Positions 1-9,366 of a DNA stretch of 12,403 nt are shown piece by piece; the first letter of the stretch is position 1; every line of letters starts with the position of its first letter. The notes beneath the pieces were generated by a model. It saw only the letters and a list, made by a program, of their open reading frames with translations, was not told the origin of the DNA and searched no databases. Position numbers and translations under genes: made by a program. This stretch comes from Fonticula alba ATCC 38817 (taxonomy: Eukaryota > Protista > Nucleariida): NCBI GenBank assembly GCA_000388065.2, contig KB932209.1; one strand, given 5' to 3'.

Positions 1-238
1 CCCCCCCCCATGAGTGCATAGGCGCGCATGTGTGCTTGTACGCCGGTCAGCGCGGACACATGCATGCCTGTGAGTGCACGCCTCTCCATTGAAGGAAATA
101 TAGACCATCTGACATCCCGCGCGAGAAAGATTTCGACTCCGGCAGGGGGAAAGCGATCAGTAAAGGACATGAGCAGGAGGGGGGGGGGGGGGGGGATTTT
201 ATACTTGGCAGGGGAGAAGAGCGGAGACCCTGCACTGG

Positions 239-3200
239 TTAAAGATCGGGATGTGTGACGGGTGGCCCGCCAGGGGCCGTTCCCCCGGCCAGCGAGGCAC
301 TCGGGACGATGGACTCCACCATGGCATTGAGGGTGTGCTCCACGTGGGTCTTCAGCACGACCACATCATTGACCGGGGCGATGACCTGCCGCAAGAGACG
401 CTCGGATACCCGGCGCTGGACGGCTCGCTGGTGGTCCAGCTCCTGGCGCAAGTGGTCCAACTCGCGTCGGGCCGCGGCCAACACATCCCCCTCCTGGAAG
501 AGGGCGTCCGGTGTCGCTGCGCCACCCCCCTCAGACTCTGCCCCCGGGGAGGTGGTTGAATCACCCAGACGAGCGACATCCACCGGCAGGCCAGCCTCCT
601 GTAGCAGAAGCTCCAGCTCGCTGGTGAGGGCTTGGGTGCGAGCGCGCTGCGCGGCCAACTGGTCTTCGGATGCGGTGCTCGCTTGGCGGAGATCCGCCTC
701 GAGGCGCGCGACCGCTTGTGATAGGGCGCGTTCCCGGCTTCGCAGCTGCTCCACCGTGTCATGCACGGCCGCCAGGTCGGCATTTCGTTCGGCGAAGGTG
801 GCCTGCAGCCGATCGCCAGAGGCCTCCAGCTCGCCAGCCTGGCGGTGGAGATCGGCGATCGGTCCCACCGGCTCCCCGGTCCCGGCGGGGTCCTGGTCCG
901 GCGAGAGGGATGCCCGCCGGGAACGCACAGTACCCGGGGCATCCCCGGCCGAAGAGGCGCAGACGTGTGCTCTTCCGATCTGCCAGGTCGGCATTTCGTT
1001 CGGCGAAGGTGGCCTGCAGCCGATCGCCAGAGGCCTCCAGCTCGCCAGCCTGGCGGTGGAGATCGGCGATCGGTCCCACCGGCTCCCCGGTCCCGGCGGG
1101 GTCCTGGTCCGGCGAGAGGGATGCCCGCCGGGAACGCACAGTACCCGGGGCATCCCCGGCCGAAGAGGCGCCGGCATCTCCATTCGAGGAGAAGGAGGCA
1201 GCCAGGCTGCCGGAGCCAGCCGCGGCCCGTCGCCCGGCATCCGGCCGCGGGGGCAGATCCGCCGTCAGACGAGGGGCCTTGTTGAGGGGCTCGAAGGTGT
1301 CGGAGAAGCGCGATGCGGCCGGACGCTTGGCAGTGCCAGCAACGGCCCCAGTGGCCGGAGGGTCAACCATCTCGGAGGCCAAAAAGCGATCCAGGTCCGC
1401 AAGCAGGTCGGGATACTCGGCGCGGCGATCTTCCAGATCCTGTGTCCGGCGGAGGAGATCCCGCTCGAGCTGAACGATGCCGGTGGAAAGGCGCAGATCG
1501 GAAGAGCACACGTAGTGCCAGCAACGGCCCCAGTGGCCGGAGGGTCAACCATCTCGGAGGCCAAAAAGCGATCCAGGTCCGCAAGCAGGTCGGGATACTC
1601 GGCGCGGCGATCTTCCAGATCCTGTGTCCGGCGGAGGAGATCCCGCTCGAGCTGAACGATGCCGGTGGAAAGGCGCTGGTTCTCCGCACGCAGGGCGGCC
1701 AGCTGCTCGCGCAGGGCCTGCTGCATGACGGCCGGGTCATCCTCACTGGAGGCCACCGAGGGGGAGGTGTCATCCGGCGAGCTGCTGGCCAGCAGCCGCT
1801 GCAGGTCGGCCGTATACTCGTCCCGATCTTCGGCCGCAGCCGAGCCCGGCCGCGATCCGGTGATTGACCCGCTGAAGGACCGCTGCCCGATGGAGGAGTT
1901 GAAAGACCGGGAGAGAGAATTCCGCCTGGAACCCGACTCGGCGCCGGATTCCGCAGGTGAGGCGGCCGCCTCGCGGCGTGCCTGCTGTGCGAGGTCTGCT
2001 CCGGAGGCACGGAGAGCCAGAAGCTCCTCATCCAACTGGGCCAGCTGGTCGCGCATGGTGCGGTCCTCCTGCTCCAGACGAAGCATGGTGTCGGAGAACT
2101 CGGCGCCGATCTTGCGAAGGCGGTCGCGTTGGGCTTGCAGATCCCCGAGGGCCGGGTTTTCGGCCTGCATGGCATCCACTTGCTGGGCAATGGCAGCCGT
2201 TTCGGTGGCGGCCACCTGTGAGGCCTGCTCCAGGTCCATGAGCATGGCGTTGAAGTGTTCCATCAGCACATTCCAGTAGGACTCCACCTTGGGATCATCT
2301 TGGGCCAGGGCGAAGCGAAAGGTTTCACACTCGAAGCGGAAGATCCACGGCCGCAAGCGCTCCTCGAGTTCGAACTCCAGGGCATCGATCGCCTATGCGG
2401 TATGTATGTGGGTGGGGGGGGGGGGGGCAGCATCAGCAAATGCCTCAGGCGGAAAGAGATCGACCGAGAGCAGGGGGGGAGAAAGAGGGGCACACCTTGA
2501 TCAGCTCAATCATCCAAATGAGGAAAGCCAACATGGTGGGCCAGCCATGGTGGCTGCTGCTGGAAGCAATCTTCGATCGATTCAGCTCCTTTTGATAGCT
2601 GGAGATGGGGAAAAGAGCGAGGACGGGGGGGGGGGGGGATGGCAAGGGGTGAGTACAGGGAGGGAGGGAGAAAGAAGGGCAGCGGGGTGAAGAGGCGTCC
2701 TACCGCATTGCCTTGGCCAGCATGGCCACATCATCCTCGAACTTCTCGAAACGGAAGTTGGCGTCGATCCGGCTGAACATGTGCTCGAAGATTTCTTGGA
2801 TGTCACGAAGGCTCGGACTGTTGAGGGACTTCTGGGTGATTGGCCGCTGGAAGGAGGCCCCGCTCTCGGTGAGGAACTGCCACAGTTGGCTGATGGAGTT
2901 GAGGACGAACTCCCGGTCGCGGTAATTGGGCCCGCCGCCACCGGCCCCGGACGGACCACCTCGGGTCCCGACATCGCCCATATGTACGCTGGCCGAGAAT
3001 TGTGCCCGCGAGGAGCCCATGAAAGTGGCCTGGGAGCTGTGGGTGCGTGCGCGCGTGTGTGCGCATGATGCATGTTAAGAATTCGCCCATGGCGGGAGGA
3101 GGAGCACAGGAAGGAAGCAGGATGCCCAACGCACCGCGACATGGCGGATGCGGCCATCGGGTTATGCGCCTGTGGCGGGGGTGCCTGGGTGGCCAACTTC

Positions 3201-3661
3201 GGCGCGCGTCCTGAGAATGAGGACAGAGAAAACCCATGCTCCGGATCCAGGGTCACCGGGAGGATGGAGATGCGCCGGGACTCGAAGGACGTCGAGGAGG
3301 AGGAGGAGGAGGAGGAGGAGGAGGCGAGGGTGGTGGTGGCGGCGGCGGCGGTGTTTTGTCCTGAAGCCGATGGCGCCACAGTCGGAGGTAGAGGAGGAGG
3401 CCCGCCAGGAGCGGGGAAAGACCCAACCGCCGCGACCGGAGGCCCGGGCAGGAAGCTCATCCGCCGACCGATGGACGTCAGACCGATGGCCGTGTTGGCG
3501 CCGGCGAGAGCGGCCGCCATGGCTTGGTAGTCGCCGGAAGAGTCGCCCGAGGGGCGTCCACCCGACGGGCCGCCCGCCGGGGGATCGGGATTGAGGGATA
3601 TACGACTGTGGGCGGCTTGACCGCCGGGGTCACCGCCGCCAAAGGGGAAGGAGAAACTCAT
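239..3661 (-). CDS. NDC80: Kinetochore protein Ndc80/Hec1 homolog, 4 exons: 3661-3135, 3036-2704, 2598-2496, 2392-239; about 907 aa after removing two adapter/duplication artifacts
   Basis: The spliced translation gives YRDREFVLNSISQLWQFLTESGASFQRPITQKSLNSPSLRDIQEIFEHMFSRIDANFRFEKFEDDVAMLAKAMR|YQKELNRSKIASSSSHHGWPTMLAFLIWMIELIK. This matches the Ndc80 calponin-homology domain (RD+xF...L..P+..+F..IF..L...+D..F...+E+++..+LK.LRYP...+.+S.+..+G+.+.WP.+L..L.W+++L). It is followed by the Ndc80-type F..Y....Y..F...D segment (IFRFECETFRFALAQDD) and long coiled coils. All three introns are GT-AG with matching phases (2, 2, 0). Corrected length is 527+333+103+1761=2724 nt, ending in TAA at 241-239. The start ATG at 3661 is inferred; the frame stays open upstream to 4087. 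Confidence 0.9.
771..1171. repeat. Direct duplication of 190 bp (771-960 and 982-1171) flanking the adapter; artifact
   Basis: Both copies run GCCAGGTCGGCATTTCG...CCGAAGAGGCGC, appear identical, and are separated only by adapter sequence. Confidence 0.97.
961..981 (-). other. Illumina TruSeq adapter contamination (assembly artifact)
   Basis: AGACGTGTGCTCTTCCGATCT is the reverse complement of AGATCGGAAGAGCACACGTCT. It yields the typical adapter peptides QIGRAHV, DRKSTR and DVCSSDL seen in the ORF track. Confidence 0.98.
1332..1676. repeat. Direct duplication of 163 bp (1332-1494 and 1514-1676) flanking the adapter; artifact
   Basis: Both copies run AGTGCCAGCAACGGCC...GGAAAGGCGC, appear identical, and are separated only by adapter sequence. 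Confidence 0.97.
1495..1513 (+). other. Illumina TruSeq adapter contamination (assembly artifact)
   Basis: AGATCGGAAGAGCACACGT is an exact match to the start of the adapter read-through sequence. Confidence 0.98.
2393..2495 (-). other. NDC80 intron 3 (103 nt, phase 0)
   Basis: GTGTGC...gctgat...C14...ccgcatAG. It joins ELIK|AIDALEF in frame with the 1265..2356 ORF. Confidence 0.85.
2599..2703 (-). other. NDC80 intron 2 (105 nt, phase 2)
   Basis: GTAGGA...tactcac...C14...ccccatctccAG. It restores KAMR|YQKE at the conserved LRYP position. Confidence 0.88.
3037..3134 (-). other. NDC80 intron 1 (98 nt, phase 2)
   Basis: Minus strand GTGCGT...ttcttaac...cccacAG. It joins CG|C (Arg) and moves the tail frame into the CH-domain frame (MSR|SQATFMGSS). 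Confidence 0.75.
3294..3323. repeat. (GAG)10 trinucleotide repeat encoding poly-Ser in the Ndc80 tail
   Basis: Read directly from the sequence; the minus strand gives a TCC run. Short (GGT)/(GGC) runs encoding Thr/Ala lie next to it. Confidence 0.9.
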
Positions 3662-3964
3662 GTGGTGGGCGGAAGGCAAGGGGCAGGGGGCGGGAGGGGG
3701 AAAGAGGGAGAGGAGGCGGAGGAGAGATGAGATCTTGGATGTCGCGAGGAGAGGCAGCCAGCAGCCGGGTGACCTTTGGGCCTTCGCTTCGAAGGGCGCG
3801 GCACACGATCGCGTCGACTCGGTACTGGGCTGAAGGCCGCGGATGCCGGGGAGACATGGGTGCCCTTCTGCGAAGGGGCGGGAGGGCGGCGCAGGGGGGA
3901 CACGGACGGCACGGCAGATGTGATCGGGGAGACCGTGGGCAGTTGCCCACGTAGGTGCGGCTCG

Positions 3965-4090
3965 GTTTTTGAATATTAATAACGGCTGGGCGTGATGCTT
4001 CGATTCTCCACGGGATCCGGGCGAAAAATATAACGCTCTTTTGTGGCTTTTGACTAAGATGGCCATGGCCAAGGCGGGGCAGTTCAAAGC
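3965..4090 (-). promoter_or_regulatory. Putative NDC80 core promoter: AT-rich island with two TTTGAA (CHR-like) hexamers
   Basis: An AT-rich patch (TTTTTGAATATTAATAA, GCGAAAAATATAAC) in a strongly GC-rich background, 300-430 nt upstream of the inferred ATG. TTTGAA lies at 3968-3973 (+) and 4088-4083 (-). Confidence 0.35.
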
Positions 4091-7000
4091 AAGTCGCCGG
4101 CCTCAGTTCTTCGAGTCAAGACGCAGTCGGCATGTTCGGGGGGATTCTCAGGAGGACAATGCGGGCGGTGGACCAGCGCCGCCAGGGCCGCCCTCCCGGG
4201 CGCGCGGAGCCGGGCGGGCGCACGCCAAAACAGGCCAAAGCATGATGGGGGCACATGGGAGAGGCGGGTCTCCGCCCTCCGGGGTCTTACTCCGGTGCGG
4301 TATGCTGGAAACGTGTGCGGAAGATTGGCGGTGTCTTTGGCAAAGACTTCGCGGCTCCGGCCGGCGGGGTGGTCGCCGCTCGGCGACAGGCGGAGCCAAG
4401 GTGCGGCGGGGACGGAGGGGGGAACCACTCGCTCAGGCTTGGCCATGCAGTGCTTTGCAGGCCGGCACGAGGGGACGAAGGAGCACAAGGCGTGGTAACC
4501 TGGCCAAGACCGGAGGCAAGAGCGGCGGGACGCCCCGCGCGGGGCGGCATCAATACGCCGGATCCCGGGACGCGGTGCCTAGTGATCGGGAAATGACGCA
4601 GCAGGCCGGGCGCGCAAATTGCGAGGATTTATTGCCCGGCGCAGGTGGGGGGAGGCAGAGGGCCTTGCGCACCAATGTCCGCGCTTGGTGGCGTACTGAG
4701 ACCTTGTCCTGGCGGGATGGTCCGACACGCGGACGAGGCGAGGGCGGGCGGGGCCATGCGGCGAGCGGGGGGAGCCTGCGCCGGGCGGGACGGCGATGAG
4801 TGTGGGACATTCCTGGCCCGGGTATTTACCCTTGGGCCGCTGGCCTCGACGTGCCGCGCAGGCGGGGGGCGCCTTGGAGAATGCCGGCTTGTAGTCCGAG
4901 GCGGAGAGCGCGCACCCGAGTCGGCCGATCGCTCCCTCGCCCGGGTGGCCTGCCCGCTCCCTCGCCGGCCTGGCACGGGGGCGGAGGGGGTGCGAGGACA
5001 AAGGCTGGTCCCCTCGGCCGGCCACCAGGACCGCGTGTTCCTTTGCGCAGGTAGGCCGGGATTCGGAGCACGGGCCGCGCCACGACAGGGTTATGGTTAG
5101 CGGCGCGATCGGGCTCTTCTCTGGAAGGCGCCGTAGCCGCCGCGGAGACACCCGCAGGGAACCTTGACCCCCCCCCCCCCCGAGAAGCAAGAGACCTAGA
5201 CTGGGGTGTTCCGTGTGGGCGCTCGGACACCCGGGGCCCTCAAGCAGCCTAGTCCCAGAGACCCGGCGCAAGTCCCGCCGTGGGATCGCCGTCCGGGGGG
5301 CGGGTGGCCTCATGGTACACCGACAAGCGCGCGTGGGCGCGTGGCGGTGGCCAGGGAGCCCGCATACGTCCCCCCCCCCCCCCCCCGACCTGCGGGTGGC
5401 GCATTCCGGGCTCGCTCGCGCAATTGTTACGATGGCCGGGCTACTCTCGCGGAGGATGTGCCTCGCAGGACAGGGCGGGAAAGCCGAGGAATGGGACAGT
5501 GCATTGCTGCCGGGCCTTGTCCGGGGGGGGGGGGAATACGCCCGCCACCGATGTTGCCACCTCGAGGGGGCACGGGTGCTCGGGCACGCGGAAAAGGTCG
5601 CCGAACCAAGAGGCAAAGGGCCCACAGGTAGGGGGCGGATCCGGCGGGGACGGTGTGAAACAGCGCGTCGACGCGGGGGAGCGAGCGAGGTCCTCCCAAG
5701 GTTGCAAAGCCACCCCGGCGGCCCCGCCGAAGGAGAGAAAGGCCCAAGTGAGGTGGCCCTGGAAGCGGGCGTTAGCTTGGCGCGCGCACGCGCGCGCACG
5801 CCGGCGGGCATGGAGAGGCCAGGGCGCGCGCCGAGGCCTTTCCCATGAACTCTGTCAGGGGTACATCGCTTTCAGCCTGCGGGGGCGCTATTGCGCCCGG
5901 CGGTGGTGAAGACAACTCCGCTTTGGATGCACTAGCCGGCGCGAGGCCCGAGCATCCAACATCGCAGCCGGCGGCCATTCTTCTCTTGTGAGACCCTGAT
6001 ATCGGTGCCCCCCCCCCCCCCCCCCGCTTCGGCGTGAAGAGGAAACAGGCGAGCCAGTGGCCGGGGGCGCGGCGGTCCGGATGGAGCCCAGGCGAGGTCT
6101 CTCGGTCGGCGCGCGAGCTCCCCCGCCGGCGGGCCCTCGTGGTCGTGCCCGTTGGAGGCGCCCGCGCGAGTTGAGCGCTCCCCGTGCTGTTCCCCGGGGG
6201 GGGGGGGGGGGCGGTCTCGCCCCGAACCCCGAAGCATGAAAACTGCCTCGCGGCCAGGACGCGGGGGAGCACGCGTGCCCTGAGCTCCGAAAAAAAAAAA
6301 AGGCCCGGGCCTGGAGTGTCCCGAGAGCCCGGGGGCGGGGGGCGGCTCACCAGGGCATGCCCGAACACGGGGCAGGGGAAGGCCTCTCCACTGAGCCGCG
6401 CCGGCGCACTTGGCGCGCACGGGCACCCGCCCTCTCGCCCTCGGAACGCCAGACTCGAGGCGGCGGCTGTGAGACGGCGGGCAAGGAAACGCGGCTGGGA
6501 CCGCACGCGGGCGCGCTCCCCGAGAGTCAGAGGACTCCGGCGCACGCGGGGCCGCGCTCGCTCTCCGGCTACCTATGCCAGTCAAAGGGACGTACGGGAG
6601 GGGAAGAAGGGGCGCGCGCCAACGGGCGACCCCTGTGTGCTCGCCCGAGGAGCCACGCCGGCGGATCACACAGGCCATTCCCACCGACGGGCGTGTGTGC
6701 CGGCGCCTCGCAAAGGACCGCAGCGCGTTCGGGGTGGGGGGGGGGTTGGGGAGGTCGACCCAGCGGCCGCACAAGGACGCCCTCCCCCCCCCCCCCCGCC
6801 TGGAGCGCCCGCCTTGGCACGCCGCGGCGCGCGTGGCCGGTCCGCGGCGAGCGCGGCCCTTGCGCATCCCCCCCCTCGCGGGCGTCGTCGTGTCGCCGGT
6901 CGGTCTTTTCGGGCGAGCGGGGAGGCGGGCGGGTGGCCGTCAATCACGCAGTCAGCCTCGACGATGTCTCCATCCACCGCCGCCCTGGCGAGACCGCGAG

Positions 7001-7782
7001 GAAGGCGACGCGCGCGTGCACCGGTTCCGGTCGGGGGTGAGGGTCCCCCCCCCCCTTGGGGAATTTCACCGCACCGGCTGCGAGCGGCACCCGCACGTTG
7101 GGCCAAGAATTCACCCAGCAGCCACGGCCGAGACTGAGGGGACCCCCTGCAAGGGCCGATGGGCGGGAAACCGGCGGGTTGGCGGGGGCCGAGGGCGGGA
7201 GAATGCCGCCCACCGTCAGGGCGTGTTTGCCCGAGTGCCGGTTGGCTGTGGGCTGCTGTCTCGCCACCTTCCGGCAAGGCACCGATCTCGCCCGAGCGGA
7301 GATTTCCCGCGCATAAACTATGCCCAACAGAATATCCACCCACCACGACAAAGCCTGCGTGGCTGCTGCCCCGTCCGGCGGACCAGCGTGCAATGCGGGC
7401 CATTCCCCCCGCAGTCCTGCCTGCGTCCTGGCCGTGAGGCGAGATCGGATCGGGGCCGCGCGTTCATTAACATCCTCGGGCGTGGGTGTTCGCCCGGGCG
7501 GGTCGCCCGGGTTTCGTGGAGGGCCGGTGCCGGCCCCCCTGCGTCTGCTCGGGTGGTCGCGGAGTGGGCACCGGACCCGTACCGGCACCGAGGGAGGGGG
7601 CCGACCGGGGGGGGGGAGGGGGGGCGGGGGGATGCCTGTGTGCCGGTGCCCGCGGCAGACACGAGTCGGGAGGTGCGTGGCTCCGGCGGCCTCGCATGCC
7701 CGCTCCTCGGCCAGGGCCTGGCCCGGGGAGGGGGGGGAGGACGACCCGGGGGGGGGGGCGGTGCGCGGCCGTTACGTGTGCG

Positions 7783-8097
7783 NNNNNNNNNNNNNNNNNN
7801 NNNNNNNNNNNNNNNNNNNNNNNNNNNNNNNNNNNNNNNNNNNNNNNNNNNNNNNNNNNNNNNNNNNNNNNNNNNNNNNNNNNNNNNNNNNNNNNNNNNN
7901 NNNNNNNNNNNNNNNNNNNNNNNNNNNNNNNNNNNNNNNNNNNNNNNNNNNNNNNNNNNNNNNNNNNNNNNNNNNNNNNNNNNNNNNNNNNNNNNNNNNN
8001 NNNNNNNNNNNNNNNNNNNNNNNNNNNNNNNNNNNNNNNNNNNNNNNNNNNNNNNNNNNNNNNNNNNNNNNNNNNNNNNNNNNNNNNNNNNNNNNNN
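7783..8097. other. Assembly gap (315 N), expected to contain the PLAC8 promoter, exon 1 and most of the intron
   Basis: Both gap flanks recur at 11806-11861 and 12359-12403, bracketing exon 1. Confidence 0.9.
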
Positions 8098-8131
8098 CAT
8101 CGCTCCCTCCCCCCCCCCCCATCCCGCACAG

Positions 8132-8463
8132 GCTACCAGCAGGGCTTCTTCGGCTGCCTGAACAACCCGATTGTCTGCCTGGCCTCCTGCTTCTGCACCT
8201 GCTGCACCGTCGGTTACGCCGTCGGCCAGGTCAACAGCACCTCCTTCGACCTCTGGTCTTGCCTGTGCCCCCACATCGGTATGTACCGTCTGCGCCGCAC
8301 TGTCCAGACCAAGTACGGCATCAACGAGTCTGAGGATGCCTCCATGGTCGCCACTGCCTGCCTCGGCTGCTGCTCCGTCGCCCAGGACACCAGCGAGGTC
8401 CTTGCCCGCAACGGCGGTGGCTCTGCTTCTCAGCCCTCTTCCGTCTCCAACATGGAGGCCTAA
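8132..8463 (+). CDS. PLAC8-family (Cys-rich, PCR/FW2.2/CNR-like) protein, exon 2; 131 aa in total with exon 1
   Basis: A C-tract and cgcacAG acceptor (8130-8131) precede (G)YQQGFFGCLNNPIVCLASCFCTCC...RLRRTVQTKYGI...D......CLGCCSVAQDTSEV...NMEA, ending in TAA. This matches the PLAC8 pattern W..GL..C..D...C.....CPC...R..+R.+YGI...D.....CC..C...Q..RE. It has 11 Cys and strong codon bias. Confidence 0.9.
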
Positions 8464-8610
8464 ATGATGAGCATGTTCGGGGATCACCCATGTCCTTCAC
8501 TCTTCCTTCTGTCCCCCCTCTCTCTCTCTTGCCTCAATCGACTTCCAAATACTCCATCCTCCTTTTCTTCTTCCCTTCTCGCGCCGCCTCCCCTTTCTCT
8601 CCCTCATTTG

Positions 8611-8842
8611 GCGCGCGCGCGTGTGTGTGTGTGTGTGAGTGTGGGTGTGTCTGTATCTGTGTGCGCATGTGGGTGCGTATACATGTGAATATGTGCACAA
8701 TGTGCGGGTGTGTGTGTGTGTGTGTAGGGCGTGCGTCTGATGGCCTTCATATTGCTTCTGTGCCTCTGCCTTTTTTGCCACCCCTCTCTTCCTCCCCTCT
8801 TGCCTTCCTCTCCATCTCCGTCTCTCTCTCTCTCTCTCTCTC
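8611..8842. repeat. Microsatellite cluster downstream of PLAC8: (GC)5(GT)8 at 8611-8636, (GT)9 at 8708-8725, (TC)11 at 8821-8842
   Basis: Read directly from the sequence. Confidence 0.9.
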
Positions 8843-9314
8843 CTCGCCTTCTTCCTGTCCCTGCTGCTGCACACACGGTGTGCGCTTACGCATCTCACAT
8901 GCGCCTGTCTGTGCATGTGTAGAGTGTACTGAGAGCCACCGCTGGCGCACGGCATCCACAGGCACGGGCGCCTGATGCTTTCCTTTTCCTCCCCCGCCTC
9001 CTCACCATGCGTGGTGTACGGGCGTGTTATGGGGGGGTGTCCTGACGCGGTCCCTTACCCCCCCCCCCCTTCCCCCCCCTCCCCCCCCCGCCTTCTTTTC
9101 TTTCCCCTTCCCAGGAAGGTGCCAGGGTGACAGCCCGGTGAGGAGGGGGCGACGGGGGGACACCCCGGCCATTCCGCCTCACCTCCCCGTGTTTTGCCCG
9201 TGTGCATGTTCCACACTGATCCCTTTCTCGCGGTGTCCTCTGCTGCTCTGCCGCGCTCGATGCGGCCGGTTATAGTTGTGTGGTGTCTCTCGAGGGAGGG
9301 GCGGAGAGATAGAA

Positions 9315-9318
<4 letters not shown>

Positions 9319-9358
<40 letters not shown>
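9319..9358. repeat. (AG)20 microsatellite
   Basis: Read directly from the sequence. Confidence 0.95.

Positions 9359-9366
<8 letters not shown>

Noticed and set aside
255-1655. 466-aa plus-strand ORF and other long antisense ORFs over NDC80
   Set aside because: They are shadow frames of a GC-rich coding strand, are Ser/Arg/Ala-rich, and include adapter-derived peptide.
771-1676. Internal tandem duplications as a real repeat expansion, mobile-element footprint or programmed frameshift in NDC80
   Set aside because: The spacers are exact TruSeq adapter sequence and the copies appear identical, so this is an artifact.
3662-4087. 142-codon in-frame extension upstream of the NDC80 ATG (possible ATG at 4066)
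   Set aside because: The composition is not Ndc80-like, it crosses a pyrimidine tract resembling the PLAC8 5'UTR, and open frames are common at this GC content. It cannot be fully excluded without RNA data.
5883-5959. Two adjacent hairpins (GGGCGC-TATT-GCGCCC; TTGGATGC...GCATCCAA) as a possible ncRNA or SECIS
   Set aside because: The stems are only 6-8 bp, with no tRNA, snoRNA or SECIS consensus and no selenoprotein nearby. An Rfam scan would be needed to rescue it.
5474-7310. E2F-like TTTCCCGC sites (5474-5482 minus, 7162-7170 minus, 7303-7310 plus) and ACGCGT at 6271
   Set aside because: They are far from the inferred NDC80 promoter and expected by chance in GC-rich DNA.
4041-7782. Numerous 100-500 aa ORFs on both strands
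   Set aside because: They are low-complexity R/G/P/A translations through G/C runs, with no motifs, no codon bias and no consistent exon chain.
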